From the IMG/VR virus record IMGVR_UViG_3300046643_000007, positions 1 to 35,983 of that record: DNA of 35,983 nucleotides; one strand, given 5' to 3'. This DNA comes from a virus (taxonomy: Duplodnaviria; Caudoviricetes). Shown piece by piece: positions 1 through 7,486 of the stretch (position 1 is its first letter; each line of letters starts with the position of its first letter). A program made the translations under genes and the position numbers. Below the pieces are notes generated by a model. That model had not been told where the DNA came from. It searched no databases and was given only the letters and a program-made list of their open reading frames with translations.

Positions 1-185
1 CTCGGAGATACCGTCCTGCATGGTCTCCGGCAAGCCAGTGGGCTGGGCAATCCTGAGACTCGCTGACTTGTGCTGTCGAAGCCCTGGATTCATGCCATCC
101 ACCCTGATGCGCCAGCGTATTCATGAGCGTGAGTGCGTACTCTCTTTTCTTTCTTGCCTGCCACCACGCCGGGGAATAGTTCGGT
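1..185. repeat. Terminal direct repeat (circular assembly overlap), copy 1
   Basis: Identical to 35799-35983 except position 58 (A) versus 35856 (G). Confidence 0.98.
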
Positions 186-1442
186 CAATGCCCAGATCAG
201 CGCATCCGCACGGTTAGGGCTGGAGCCACCCATAAACCCGACGGTCGAGAATCCGGACAGTTCATCCTCAAGCTCGTGGAAGTAGCCGACATGTCTGACC
301 TTGCCTTGCTCGTAAAGGGCGGAGATTGGCTCTGCGCGTACCGATTTGCCGCGTGTAGCACTCACTGACTTGTACGGCGTGCGGTTCCGTGCGGTCTGGA
401 TGGTGTGACGAACCATCGCTCCGCCGTAGTTGTCCTCGCCCACAATCACGTCCGCGGCGTGGCGTTCCCAGGCATCCACGGCCACCTTGCCCCAGGTTGC
501 CGGTCCGGCCTTGACGGTGCAATCCTCCAGCACGTAGGCGTTACCATCCACGCCAAGCGCAGCCACTGAAATGCCTATCGCATCGTTGTCGGCGTTGTCT
601 ACATCGCCAGAGCCAGACGGATCGACGGCCACGACGATGCGCACGAAGTCCGGCACCGAACCATCCACAACGCGCCATTTCTCTATCGTTTCGTCAAGGA
701 ATAGCTGGTTCGGCGTAGCATCCGCGAACTCGCCCAGAAGGAACCGCTTGCGCAGCCTCGGACCCAATGCAGCGAGAGTGTCCATGTATCCCGACGGCAG
801 ATTCTCGGCGTTGTCGTTAGGGTTGATCTGCATCGACGCATAGTCGGCCGGCTGGCTCAATGGCTGCTTTGTCTCTGGGTCAACCTTTTGGACAAAGAGC
901 TTGTACGCCCAATGGTTTTTACTGGGCGGATTGCAGTCATAGAACATGCGCGGCTTGAGGGGGCTTGAGGCGCGGCCCTCCATATGTTGCTGCACTTGCT
1001 GCGCTAGACGGGTTGTTGCCATGTCCCGGGACGATTGAGGGATCTGACTGCACTCGTTCAGGTAGATGGTGGCGTGTTCCTGTCCCAATATCTTCTCGGT
1101 GCGCTCCTTATCGTCCAAGCCACCGAACCATATCTGACTGTCACCCGGCATCTTGGCGTACCAGTCGGTCTTGTCTACGGTGTATTGCACGCCCGGGAAA
1201 GCCAGACTCATGACCTTGGGGAACGTGTCCAAGACAATCGACGCCTTGACGTGATTGAAGCGGAAACGAAGGATGGCGTGCCGGGATTTGGGAGCCTTGA
1301 GCGCCCTTAGAATGGTGTTGCGGGTCAGGAGGAAGGTCTTGCCACTACGTGATCCACCGAACAGCATGACATGACTGGCGTCACTGGCACAGATTGCCTG
1401 TGCCCTTTCTTGTGCTGGCGTCAGACTAAATGGTTTCGTCAA
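90..1442 (-). CDS. terL: Terminase large subunit
   Basis: Walker A GGSRSGKT, Walker B variant TIYLNE, DCNPP coupling motif, RNase H-type nuclease IVVAVDP...D...RAD; lies between terS and portal. Confidence 0.95.
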   Translation of the reverse strand: MTKPFSLTPAQERAQAICASDASHVMLFGGSRSGKTFLLTRNTILRALKAPKSRHAILRFRFNHVKASIVLDTFPKVMSLAFPGVQYTVDKTDWYAKMPGDSQIWFGGLDDKERTEKILGQEHATIYLNECSQIPQSSRDMATTRLAQQVQQHMEGRASSPLKPRMFYDCNPPSKNHWAYKLFVQKVDPETKQPLSQPADYASMQINPNDNAENLPSGYMDTLAALGPRLRKRFLLGEFADATPNQLFLDETIEKWRVVDGSVPDFVRIVVAVDPSGSGDVDNADNDAIGISVAALGVDGNAYVLEDCTVKAGPATWGKVAVDAWERHAADVIVGEDNYGGAMVRHTIQTARNRTPYKSVSATRGKSVRAEPISALYEQGKVRHVGYFHELEDELSGFSTVGFMGGSSPNRADALIWALTELFPGVVAGKKEKRVRTHAHEYAGASGWMA

Positions 1443-1710
1443 GGCGCGAAGCCCGGATGACTACTAACGCTCCTCCGTCCGGGCCAGATATGCTCTGGTG
1501 CGGTCTGCCGTCCAGTGTGTCCCGTAGTTCCTTGATCGCTGAGAGTTCGCCTGCGAGAGCGCCATCCACCAGCATCGACGCAATCTTGCGGAGCGTTTCG
1601 CCATCACCGGCCTTGAAGTCCCGTTGTTTGATGTCGCGGATCAGGCCCTCGTAAAAGAGCCTTCCCCTCGCGGCATTCTTGTTCCCAACGGGCGCGCCTA
1701 CCTGTGCCAT
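1426..1710 (-). CDS. terS: Terminase small subunit
   Basis: N-terminal GAPVGNKNA motif and C-terminal GPDGG motif; overlaps the terL start. The start at 1710 is chosen over 1725. Confidence 0.8.
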   Translation of the reverse strand: MAQVGAPVGNKNAARGRLFYEGLIRDIKQRDFKAGDGETLRKIASMLVDGALAGELSAIKELRDTLDGRPHQSISGPDGGALVVIRASRLDETI

Positions 1711-1761
1711 TGTGACAATTCGCAATCCATTGAAGCGCCATTGACATCATGGCATTTCCAC

Positions 1762-1790
1762 CTTATACGCTTGTTTGCGCTTACTGTCAA
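1762..1790 (-). promoter_or_regulatory. Sigma70-type promoter upstream of the late operon
   Basis: Minus strand TTGACA(1790-1785)-17 bp-TATAAG(1767-1762), about 50 nt upstream of terS. Confidence 0.6.
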
Positions 1791-1816
1791 AAATGGCCAT
1801 GTATTGACTCAATATT

Positions 1817-1951
1817 TCACCTGATTGAATCGTAAAACAGTCCCAAGTTTGCAACGCAGCATCCCCAATAAAACGCCGTCATGCCACCATGACTGCCCCA
1901 TCCCACATAGCCGTAAATGGCGGCTACGATTAGCAGTAGCGTTGCGCTCAT
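1817..1951 (-). CDS. Small membrane protein (44 aa, MSATLLLIVAAIYGYVGW...ANLGLFYDSIR)
   Basis: Translated by hand; ATGA overlap with the upstream stop; two hydrophobic segments; below the ORF-track cutoff. Confidence 0.7.
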   Translation of the reverse strand: MSATLLLIVAAIYGYVGWGSHGGMTAFYWGCCVANLGLFYDSIR

Positions 1952-2379
1952 GCCCATGTGCCAGAAAGCATCGCCTGGATTGGATTCGTCAGGATGTCGG
2001 GTATCTTGGGTATCACGTAGGGCGGCGATTTAACCAAATCCTCGTCCCAAAGGATATTGCGATGCGCCAGATTGGGAGGTGGCGTCTTGGAATGAATCTC
2101 GTACGGCTCGATCCGGACCCGTTTCGACTGCTTGCCGGCCTTCTTGTCATCCCGGCATTGCATACACATTGGGTCACCCTTGTAATGCTGGGTCACCAAA
2201 TGGGTTATGTTGCATTGCGGACACGTCTTTGAAGAAGCTTTAACCCTTGCTCTTCTGTGAGCGTTTCTGCACGGTACACAGCGGGCATACAAATACTTTG
2301 TACCGTCCACCCTCGAGCGCGAAGCAATCGCAAATGCTGAATCGGGTAGTTCTTTTTCACAGGCCTTGCATGTTTTCAT
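1948..2379 (-). CDS. Zinc-finger protein with four CxxC pairs
   Basis: CKAC, CVPC, CPQC and CMQC; SD-like AGGGG upstream; co-oriented in the operon. Confidence 0.7.
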   Translation of the reverse strand: MKTCKACEKELPDSAFAIASRSRVDGTKYLYARCVPCRNAHRRARVKASSKTCPQCNITHLVTQHYKGDPMCMQCRDDKKAGKQSKRVRIEPYEIHSKTPPPNLAHRNILWDEDLVKSPPYVIPKIPDILTNPIQAMLSGTWA

Positions 2380-2398
2380 TGGTCACCCCTGACAATGA

Positions 2399-2665
2399 TT
2401 AACGATTTAACTCCTTGATTGTTTCGGCTAGCAGCTTGGTTTCGCTGGTGCTGTAGACCGCATTGAACTTGCGCTCACCCATCCCGTGAAAGCCCGCCTT
2501 CCCTCGATGATGGGCTGGGCAAAGAGGAATACAGAGCCAGTCCGACCGATCCGCCGTATCGAAAACGTGGTGGATTTCGGCCTGACTATCTTGAATATCC
2601 AATATGGTTTTACAGAGAATGCATCCGATATTGGCAACGCGGTCCAGGTGGCGCTTAACGCTCAT
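2399..2665 (-). CDS. Ref-like (RecA-dependent) HNH-type nuclease
   Basis: GCILC...AEIHH...IPLCPAHHRG...GFH pattern of the Ref/DUF968-type phage nucleases. Confidence 0.75.
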   Translation of the reverse strand: MSVKRHLDRVANIGCILCKTILDIQDSQAEIHHVFDTADRSDWLCIPLCPAHHRGKAGFHGMGERKFNAVYSTSETKLLAETIKELNR

Positions 2666-4701
2666 GAAGCCTCATAAAACAGCATTCCTTGATCAAGCTT
2701 GGCCTGATCCAGATTGCGGCAGGCTTGCTCGAAATAGGACCGCTTAAGCTCAGATCCGATAAACCGCCGTCCCATCTTAACGGCGACATAGCCCTCTGAC
2801 CCTATCCCGGTAAACGGTGACAGCACCAGATCGCCAGGATTCGTCCATAGGTCCATCGCTCGTTCAATGACCTGCAGCTGCAACGGGCAGATGTGGCGCT
2901 CGTCCTCATGTTCCCGTGCCGACCGGTACTGCAGGGTATCGCTCGGGTTGATGTCCATCCACACCGGCGAGGCGTACTTTTGCCAGACTTGGACCGGGAA
3001 TGATTCATTGGTATGACTTACCCGTTCCGGATTTTCCCCAGGCTTGCGCATGGTAACCAAGTAGTCAGGGATTCCTTGACGACTCATACAGGAATCCTTC
3101 TTTATCTGCTTGTGCAGCAATCCGAGTGCCTTCGTGCGCTGCATGGCCGTTACCGGGTCCTTCCAGATGCAGACCTCGGAGTGAAATATCCAGCCCGCAG
3201 CCTCGTGGGCACGGATCAGGTCGCCCCGGAAGTCCCGAATGCCGATATATCCGTGATGCTGCTTGGACGTGGGCAGGTTCATGCAATGGAAGCTCACCAG
3301 TCTCCCGGGCATGGTCGCGCGGTAGATTTCCTTGATCAGGAATCCATAGTGCTCCATGAATTGATTGTCATCGGTACAGTTCCCCATATCCCGGTCGGAA
3401 TTGCTGTAGGTATAGAGGCTGGAGAACGGCGGAGAATAGATGGTGAAATGCAGGCTGTCATCGGGGATTTCCTTGACCAGTTCCACGCAGTCTGCAAGAT
3501 GCAACGTCCAGCCGTCGCCCTCTTTCACGTCCCGCACATATTCCGTCTTGCTGCGCTGCGTCGCGCCGTGGAGTGCCGCGGCATTCAGTTCCTGCATGTG
3601 GCTTACCATCTCATCGGCCATCTTCATGGCGTCGGCCTCCTTGCGTTTGATATTCTGCACCACGGCGCCCTCGGTCTCGGCGGTGATAACGTAGACGTTT
3701 ACGGGCTTGGTCTGGCCGAACCGCCAGCACCGGCGCACAGCCTGATAGAACTGCTCATAGCTATCGGACAGGCCAACGAAGGCCATGTTGTTGCAGTGCT
3801 GCCAGTTCATGCCGAATCCGGCAATGGAGGGTTTCGTGACCAAGACGCGAATCTTGCCGTCAGTGAATCCGGTCATGCGCTCAGACTTGGCGTCGTTGCT
3901 ATCGGATCCGCTGACCTCGACCGCATCCGGTATGGATTTGGCAAGGGAGGCGCTTTCGCTGTTCAGGTTGCACCAGATCAGGAACGGAGAGTCTGTGCCG
4001 TTCACGACCTTAGCGCAGTCTGCAACTCGATCCTCGATGGTATCCCGGCGAGCGGCCAGCCTATCCTGCAGTGTGGAGGCCTCCAGAGGGAACAGGAATC
4101 CATCCGTGGGCCGGTCCACCTTCACCGTGATCTGGTGAATGATCAGTTCCGGCAGGGTAAAGCCCTCGTCTGAATAGCCCAGATCCGAGGGCTTGCGCAT
4201 CATCATTGCCCACGAGCAAAGCCACGTCCAGAATTCAGACTGCGCATGACCCTTGAGTCGCCATTGGGATGTATCTCCACCGTCATGCACAAAGAACATG
4301 GAGAGCATTTCGCTGCGCGTCATCGCCCCGATGAACTCGGAATGGTTCCCAAGCTCCATGTAATCGTTCGGCGCCGGGGTCGCAGTACAGGCCAGCTTGA
4401 ACGGGGTACGTGCGAAGGCGTCAATGATGGCGGTGCGGGTCTTGCCGTCATAGGCTTTCAGGATGCTGGATTCGTCCAGCACTACGCCCGTGAAATAACC
4501 CGGTTCGAAATGTTCCAGCATCTCGTAATTGGCAATGGTGATGCCTTCCTGCGCCTCGGACTGGTGGCGGGCGTACCGACACTGGATGCCGAACTTCTCG
4601 CCCTCCCGCACGGTCTGAGCGGCGACCGCCAGAGGAGCCAGGATCAGGACGTTGCCGGGGATATGCTTCGCCCATTCCAGCTGCATGGCGGTTTTGCCCA
4701 T
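2662..4701 (-). CDS. SF2 (SNF2-like) helicase fused to a beta-class amino DNA methyltransferase; the ORF begins inside Walker A because of an upstream frameshift
   Basis: GKT, LDESS, TAT and QAVRRCWRFGQ helicase motifs; C-terminal SPPF (motif IV) precedes PFTGIGS (motif I). Confidence 0.88.
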   Translation of the reverse strand: MGKTAMQLEWAKHIPGNVLILAPLAVAAQTVREGEKFGIQCRYARHQSEAQEGITIANYEMLEHFEPGYFTGVVLDESSILKAYDGKTRTAIIDAFARTPFKLACTATPAPNDYMELGNHSEFIGAMTRSEMLSMFFVHDGGDTSQWRLKGHAQSEFWTWLCSWAMMMRKPSDLGYSDEGFTLPELIIHQITVKVDRPTDGFLFPLEASTLQDRLAARRDTIEDRVADCAKVVNGTDSPFLIWCNLNSESASLAKSIPDAVEVSGSDSNDAKSERMTGFTDGKIRVLVTKPSIAGFGMNWQHCNNMAFVGLSDSYEQFYQAVRRCWRFGQTKPVNVYVITAETEGAVVQNIKRKEADAMKMADEMVSHMQELNAAALHGATQRSKTEYVRDVKEGDGWTLHLADCVELVKEIPDDSLHFTIYSPPFSSLYTYSNSDRDMGNCTDDNQFMEHYGFLIKEIYRATMPGRLVSFHCMNLPTSKQHHGYIGIRDFRGDLIRAHEAAGWIFHSEVCIWKDPVTAMQRTKALGLLHKQIKKDSCMSRQGIPDYLVTMRKPGENPERVSHTNESFPVQVWQKYASPVWMDINPSDTLQYRSAREHEDERHICPLQLQVIERAMDLWTNPGDLVLSPFTGIGSEGYVAVKMGRRFIGSELKRSYFEQACRNLDQAKLDQGMLFYEAS

Positions 4702-4807
4702 GCCGCAATCGGCAAATATTGCCGCCCGGCCCCGTCTTAATGCCCAGCAGCCCGGTTGCCAAGTCTACGATAGCCTTGTCTTTCAGAAATTCCTCATACG
4801 TTCTCAC
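4702..4807 (-). pseudogene. Disconnected 5' part of the helicase-methyltransferase gene (frameshift/deletion near 4747)
   Basis: GTG at 4807 has an AGGAG SD and a GTGA overlap and reads MRTYEEFLKDKAIVDLATGL. The +1 frame then reads WALRRGRAAIFADCGMGKT. Confidence 0.75.
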
Positions 4808-5055
4808 AGATCGCTCCTTACGTGTATCCACGTTTCCCGGTTCAATATCTTTTCAATCGTCCTGACGTGTACATTAAAACGATCCGCCAGTCCTGCGGCA
4901 GAGTAACGCTCGTTCAATCTGCCAATCAACCGCATTTTCAGCAGATGCTTTTCCTTGATGTAGGCAACCTCCTTTTCTGTGAGTTTGGCGGCTGGGCATT
5001 TCGATCCGTTCGGGGCGTATTCCTTGGCATCCTGCAGATAATCAGCCCTATTCAT
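4804..5055 (-). CDS. Small HTH DNA-binding protein resembling the C-terminal domain of HNH endonucleases
   Basis: AKLTEKEV...LADRFNVHVRTIEKILNRETWIH; ATGA overlap at 5055. Confidence 0.65.
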   Translation of the reverse strand: MNRADYLQDAKEYAPNGSKCPAAKLTEKEVAYIKEKHLLKMRLIGRLNERYSAAGLADRFNVHVRTIEKILNRETWIHVRSDL

Positions 5056-5237
5056 AGCCGTATCTCCCGCAGCGTCTCGATGGACCGCGCAATTTGCTTG
5101 CACTCACCATCCGCGAAACCCAGGTGATACGCTTGGTACATGGCCTGCCGGATGGAGCTAGTAATGTTGCCGTTCAGCTCTAGCGCGGTGACAAACTTCT
5201 CAATTACATGCTTGGACACCGGATCGTTGATGTCCAT
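5052..5237 (-). CDS. Hypothetical protein
   Basis: 61 aa, AAGGA SD, tightly packed in the operon. Confidence 0.65.
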   Translation of the reverse strand: MDINDPVSKHVIEKFVTALELNGNITSSIRQAMYQAYHLGFADGECKQIARSIETLREIRL

Positions 5238-5330
5238 TTAGTACCATCCTTTCAGTGCGTTGTTCAGCACGATCAGGAAGGTAACGACAACGAGTGCGGC
5301 TAATGCTGCGCTGCGGATTCTGTACTTCAT
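5238..5330 (-). CDS. Small membrane peptide (30 aa, MKYRIRSAALAALVVVTFLIVLNNALKGWY)
   Basis: Translated by hand; GGGAG SD; first gene after the leftward promoter; its stop abuts the next ATG. Confidence 0.7.
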   Translation of the reverse strand: MKYRIRSAALAALVVVTFLIVLNNALKGWY

Positions 5331-5360
5331 TATGGCTCCCGGTTGTGTGTGACAACGCAC

Positions 5361-5405
5361 AGACTATTCCCAACGCTTGACAATTGCAAGCGGAATCTTT
5401 ACTCT
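5361..5405. promoter_or_regulatory. Overlapping divergent sigma70-type promoters
   Basis: Plus TTGACA(5377)-17-TACTCT(5400); minus TTGCAA(5389)-17-TAGTCT(5366); the dyad CGCTTG-N7-CAAGCG covers both -35 boxes. Confidence 0.7.
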
Positions 5406-5432
5406 GTGTGTGTAATTTAACCGGGAGCTAAA

Positions 5433-5621
5433 ATGGAACAAACCGCAGCAGAATTGATCCGCGTACTGAATGCCGAAATGGAGTCCCTCAATTGGGCCTT
5501 CGACAAGTCGGCGCCTGAAGTATCGGAAGAGATTAGACGCCTATCATTGTCGGATGATCCCGATCGGATTGAACGGATGGACTGTCTGTTTCAGAGCTTG
5601 CGGGCGAAGGTTGCGCCATAA
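5433..5621 (+). CDS. Hypothetical protein (solitary plus-strand gene)
   Basis: 62 aa, GGGAG SD, has its own promoter. Confidence 0.7.
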   Translation: MEQTAAELIRVLNAEMESLNWAFDKSAPEVSEEIRRLSLSDDPDRIERMDCLFQSLRAKVAP

Positions 5622-5648
5622 AGACAAACGCCCCGTTTTAAGGGGGCG
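5621..5648 (-). terminator. Rho-independent terminator between convergent genes
   Basis: CGCCCC/GGGGCG stem (5629-5648) followed on the minus strand by TTTGTCTT. Confidence 0.55.
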
Positions 5649-5708
5649 CCATGTCTGCTTGCCAACCGGGAGGAGGGGTTCGGCACTGAAGCCGTCAAGC
5701 TGGTGACA

Positions 5709-6032
5709 CTATAGCATAATCCTTTTTATCACGTCGATGGCGTAACCTGATTTAACCTGTGCCGGACTGAACCGCAGCACCCGGTAGCCCAGGATTGCGG
5801 CCTCGTTGATCTTCTCGTAATCCTTGTCTCCCGTATGCCGCCCGACCGCCGTGGGCTTTCCGTTGACGATTGCCGCCATGCGGTTACCGCCGTCAACTTC
5901 GACCAAGACGTCCGGCTCTATTCGGAAATCCGCCATCCACTTCCGCAACGGATGGAATGCATATTCCTCCTTGAACGGTATCCCCTCGGCCCGCAGGTGA
6001 AGCGCCAGGGTCGCGGCGCCTTTGCTGATCAA
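5709..6032 (-). CDS. DUF559/Vsr-like PD-(D/E)XK endonuclease
   Basis: EYAFHPLRKWMADF...VEVDGG...GRH...DYEKINEAAILGYRVLRF. The start is placed at TTG 6032 (TTGA overlap) rather than 6116. Confidence 0.8.
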   Translation of the reverse strand: MISKGAATLALHLRAEGIPFKEEYAFHPLRKWMADFRIEPDVLVEVDGGNRMAAIVNGKPTAVGRHTGDKDYEKINEAAILGYRVLRFSPAQVKSGYAIDVIKRIML

Positions 6033-6124
6033 TTCAGCACCCATCCCAAGAGTCCGCCCACAAACACGCACCCGCAGACAATCCAGAATGCGATTCCAAG
6101 CCACAATACGGTCCAATCTCTCAT
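6029..6124 (-). CDS. Small membrane peptide (31 aa, MRDWTVLWLGIAFWIVCGCVFVGGLLGWVLN)
   Basis: Translated by hand; 4-nt overlaps at both ends; one hydrophobic helix. Confidence 0.7.
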   Translation of the reverse strand: MRDWTVLWLGIAFWIVCGCVFVGGLLGWVLN

Positions 6125-7074
6125 GCCGCTGACCTCACTCGCATCCCGGCGCGCTCCATGTCATCGCTGAATCGGGGCGGGATATCGAAGTACCGTCCCG
6201 TCACCCTATCATAGCGCATGGTGACCATTCCCGGCTTGCCGATGTGCTTGAATCTGACCTTTTGAATGTGTACGTCCACCTCGTCGGATGGATTGTCGAA
6301 GTCCCTCCATACCGTCACCGCACAGTCGGCCTTATTCCACCAGTGCTGACTCCCCGAGATCATGTCGGGCTTGGGTATCGGAAGCTTGCCGGACTCGTCG
6401 CGCCTTGCCTTGGCGGGGTGCGCGACTATCCACACGTGGATCTTGTTTGACCGCGCCCAATTGCGGATCTGACTCAGGGTCTTGCTGACGTACTCGGTCT
6501 CACTCAGATTGTTCGGGCGCCAATGCTCCAGTTCATTCCACGGGTCGATGATCAATCCGCGTTTGTTCCATGCCTCCATGAGCCACGGCAACGACTCCGC
6601 AAGGATGTCGGTCACCGACGCCCCGGTCTCAGCCGGTGTCGCCATGAACCGGAAAGACTTGGCTAACAGTTGCACTGCGGCCTTGTTCTCGGCGCGGGTT
6701 ATGCGCTCCGTAGGACCGAATCCGAAGGGTTTCCCGCTGACCTTTTCAACCAATTTTGAGATGTGCGTCTCGACTGGTTGATTCTCTGGACTGAACATCT
6801 TGAACCGCCAGCCCTTCGCCGCCAGGTTCACCAACAACGCATCCAACCATTCCGACTTGCCCGACCCAGGCCATCCGGTAACGATGGTCATCTGACCCTC
6901 CATGACCGTGTAATGTGGGTCGATGGTTTTCCATCCGGTCTTTTCGCCGGCCGGCATGCCGCTTTCGTACAAGGCATCCAACTGCGGCATCAAATCAATC
7001 GGTGAATATGACATCGGACGTTTTGCAATGCCTTCGTCCAACGCCTGCAATCCACGCATCAATGCGTTATCCAT
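6121..7074 (-). CDS. SF4 replicative helicase (Twinkle/T7 gp4/DnaB-like)
   Basis: TGWKTID, VTGWPGSGKS, IIDPWN, VAHP, ISGS...NKAD and QKVRF motifs. Confidence 0.9.
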   Translation of the reverse strand: MDNALMRGLQALDEGIAKRPMSYSPIDLMPQLDALYESGMPAGEKTGWKTIDPHYTVMEGQMTIVTGWPGSGKSEWLDALLVNLAAKGWRFKMFSPENQPVETHISKLVEKVSGKPFGFGPTERITRAENKAAVQLLAKSFRFMATPAETGASVTDILAESLPWLMEAWNKRGLIIDPWNELEHWRPNNLSETEYVSKTLSQIRNWARSNKIHVWIVAHPAKARRDESGKLPIPKPDMISGSQHWWNKADCAVTVWRDFDNPSDEVDVHIQKVRFKHIGKPGMVTMRYDRVTGRYFDIPPRFSDDMERAGMRVRSAA

Positions 7075-7486
7075 GAGCTAATCGCCTCCCCTGTTCAATA
7101 CGGTTTGCTGCGGTCCAGCATCTTGCGCGGTCGGAATCCGTCAAGGCGATACCTTGCGCCAGATTCGATGCGGCCACGGCCACGATCATCGCCTCGTGGT
7201 CTAAAGCCTCCAAAACGTCATATGCGGAGAATGGTTTTTTAATCCCCTTTCGATCCTTGAAATTGCTCGGCGGGTAAAGGGCGTCGAACTCCAGGCCGAG
7301 GGCGCCTAGAATCTGGTCGATACCACACTCTTGACCAAAGCAGTGAGCCAGCACGGTCCCGTCCTCAAGCTCTTTGATCGTGAGTGAGGGCGTTTTGTCG
7401 TTATGCGCTGGGCAGCAAGCTTTCCATTGGCCCTTGCCGGTTGACTTGACCTTATCCAGCCGCGAGAGAAAGTCCTGTACGCTCAT
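7067..7486 (-). CDS. Primase-type zinc-binding-domain protein without TOPRIM
   Basis: CPAHNDKTPSL...HCFGQEC (CHC2-type) plus a short helical C-terminus. Confidence 0.8.
   Translation of the reverse strand: MSVQDFLSRLDKVKSTGKGQWKACCPAHNDKTPSLTIKELEDGTVLAHCFGQECGIDQILGALGLEFDALYPPSNFKDRKGIKKPFSAYDVLEALDHEAMIVAVAASNLAQGIALTDSDRARCWTAANRIEQGRRLAHG

Noticed and set aside
1040-1075. TerL Walker B reads YLNE rather than hhhhDE
   Set aside because: NE variants occur in terminases and all other motifs are intact, so this is not evidence of inactivation.
1851-1945. Apparent multibranch RNA (GCAACGC/GCGTTGC enclosing two hairpins)
   Set aside because: It lies wholly within a credible coupled 44-aa membrane ORF, and the stems are short enough to be chance.
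3013-4173. 386-aa plus-strand ORF, and similar long antisense ORFs such as 27447-28436 and 23939-24676
   Set aside because: Shadow frames opposite well-supported genes, with no motifs or SD.
5335-5428. Invertible promoter segment between 10-bp inverted repeats
   Set aside because: No recombinase was recognised, and the repeats are explained as the shared ribosome-binding leader of divergent genes.
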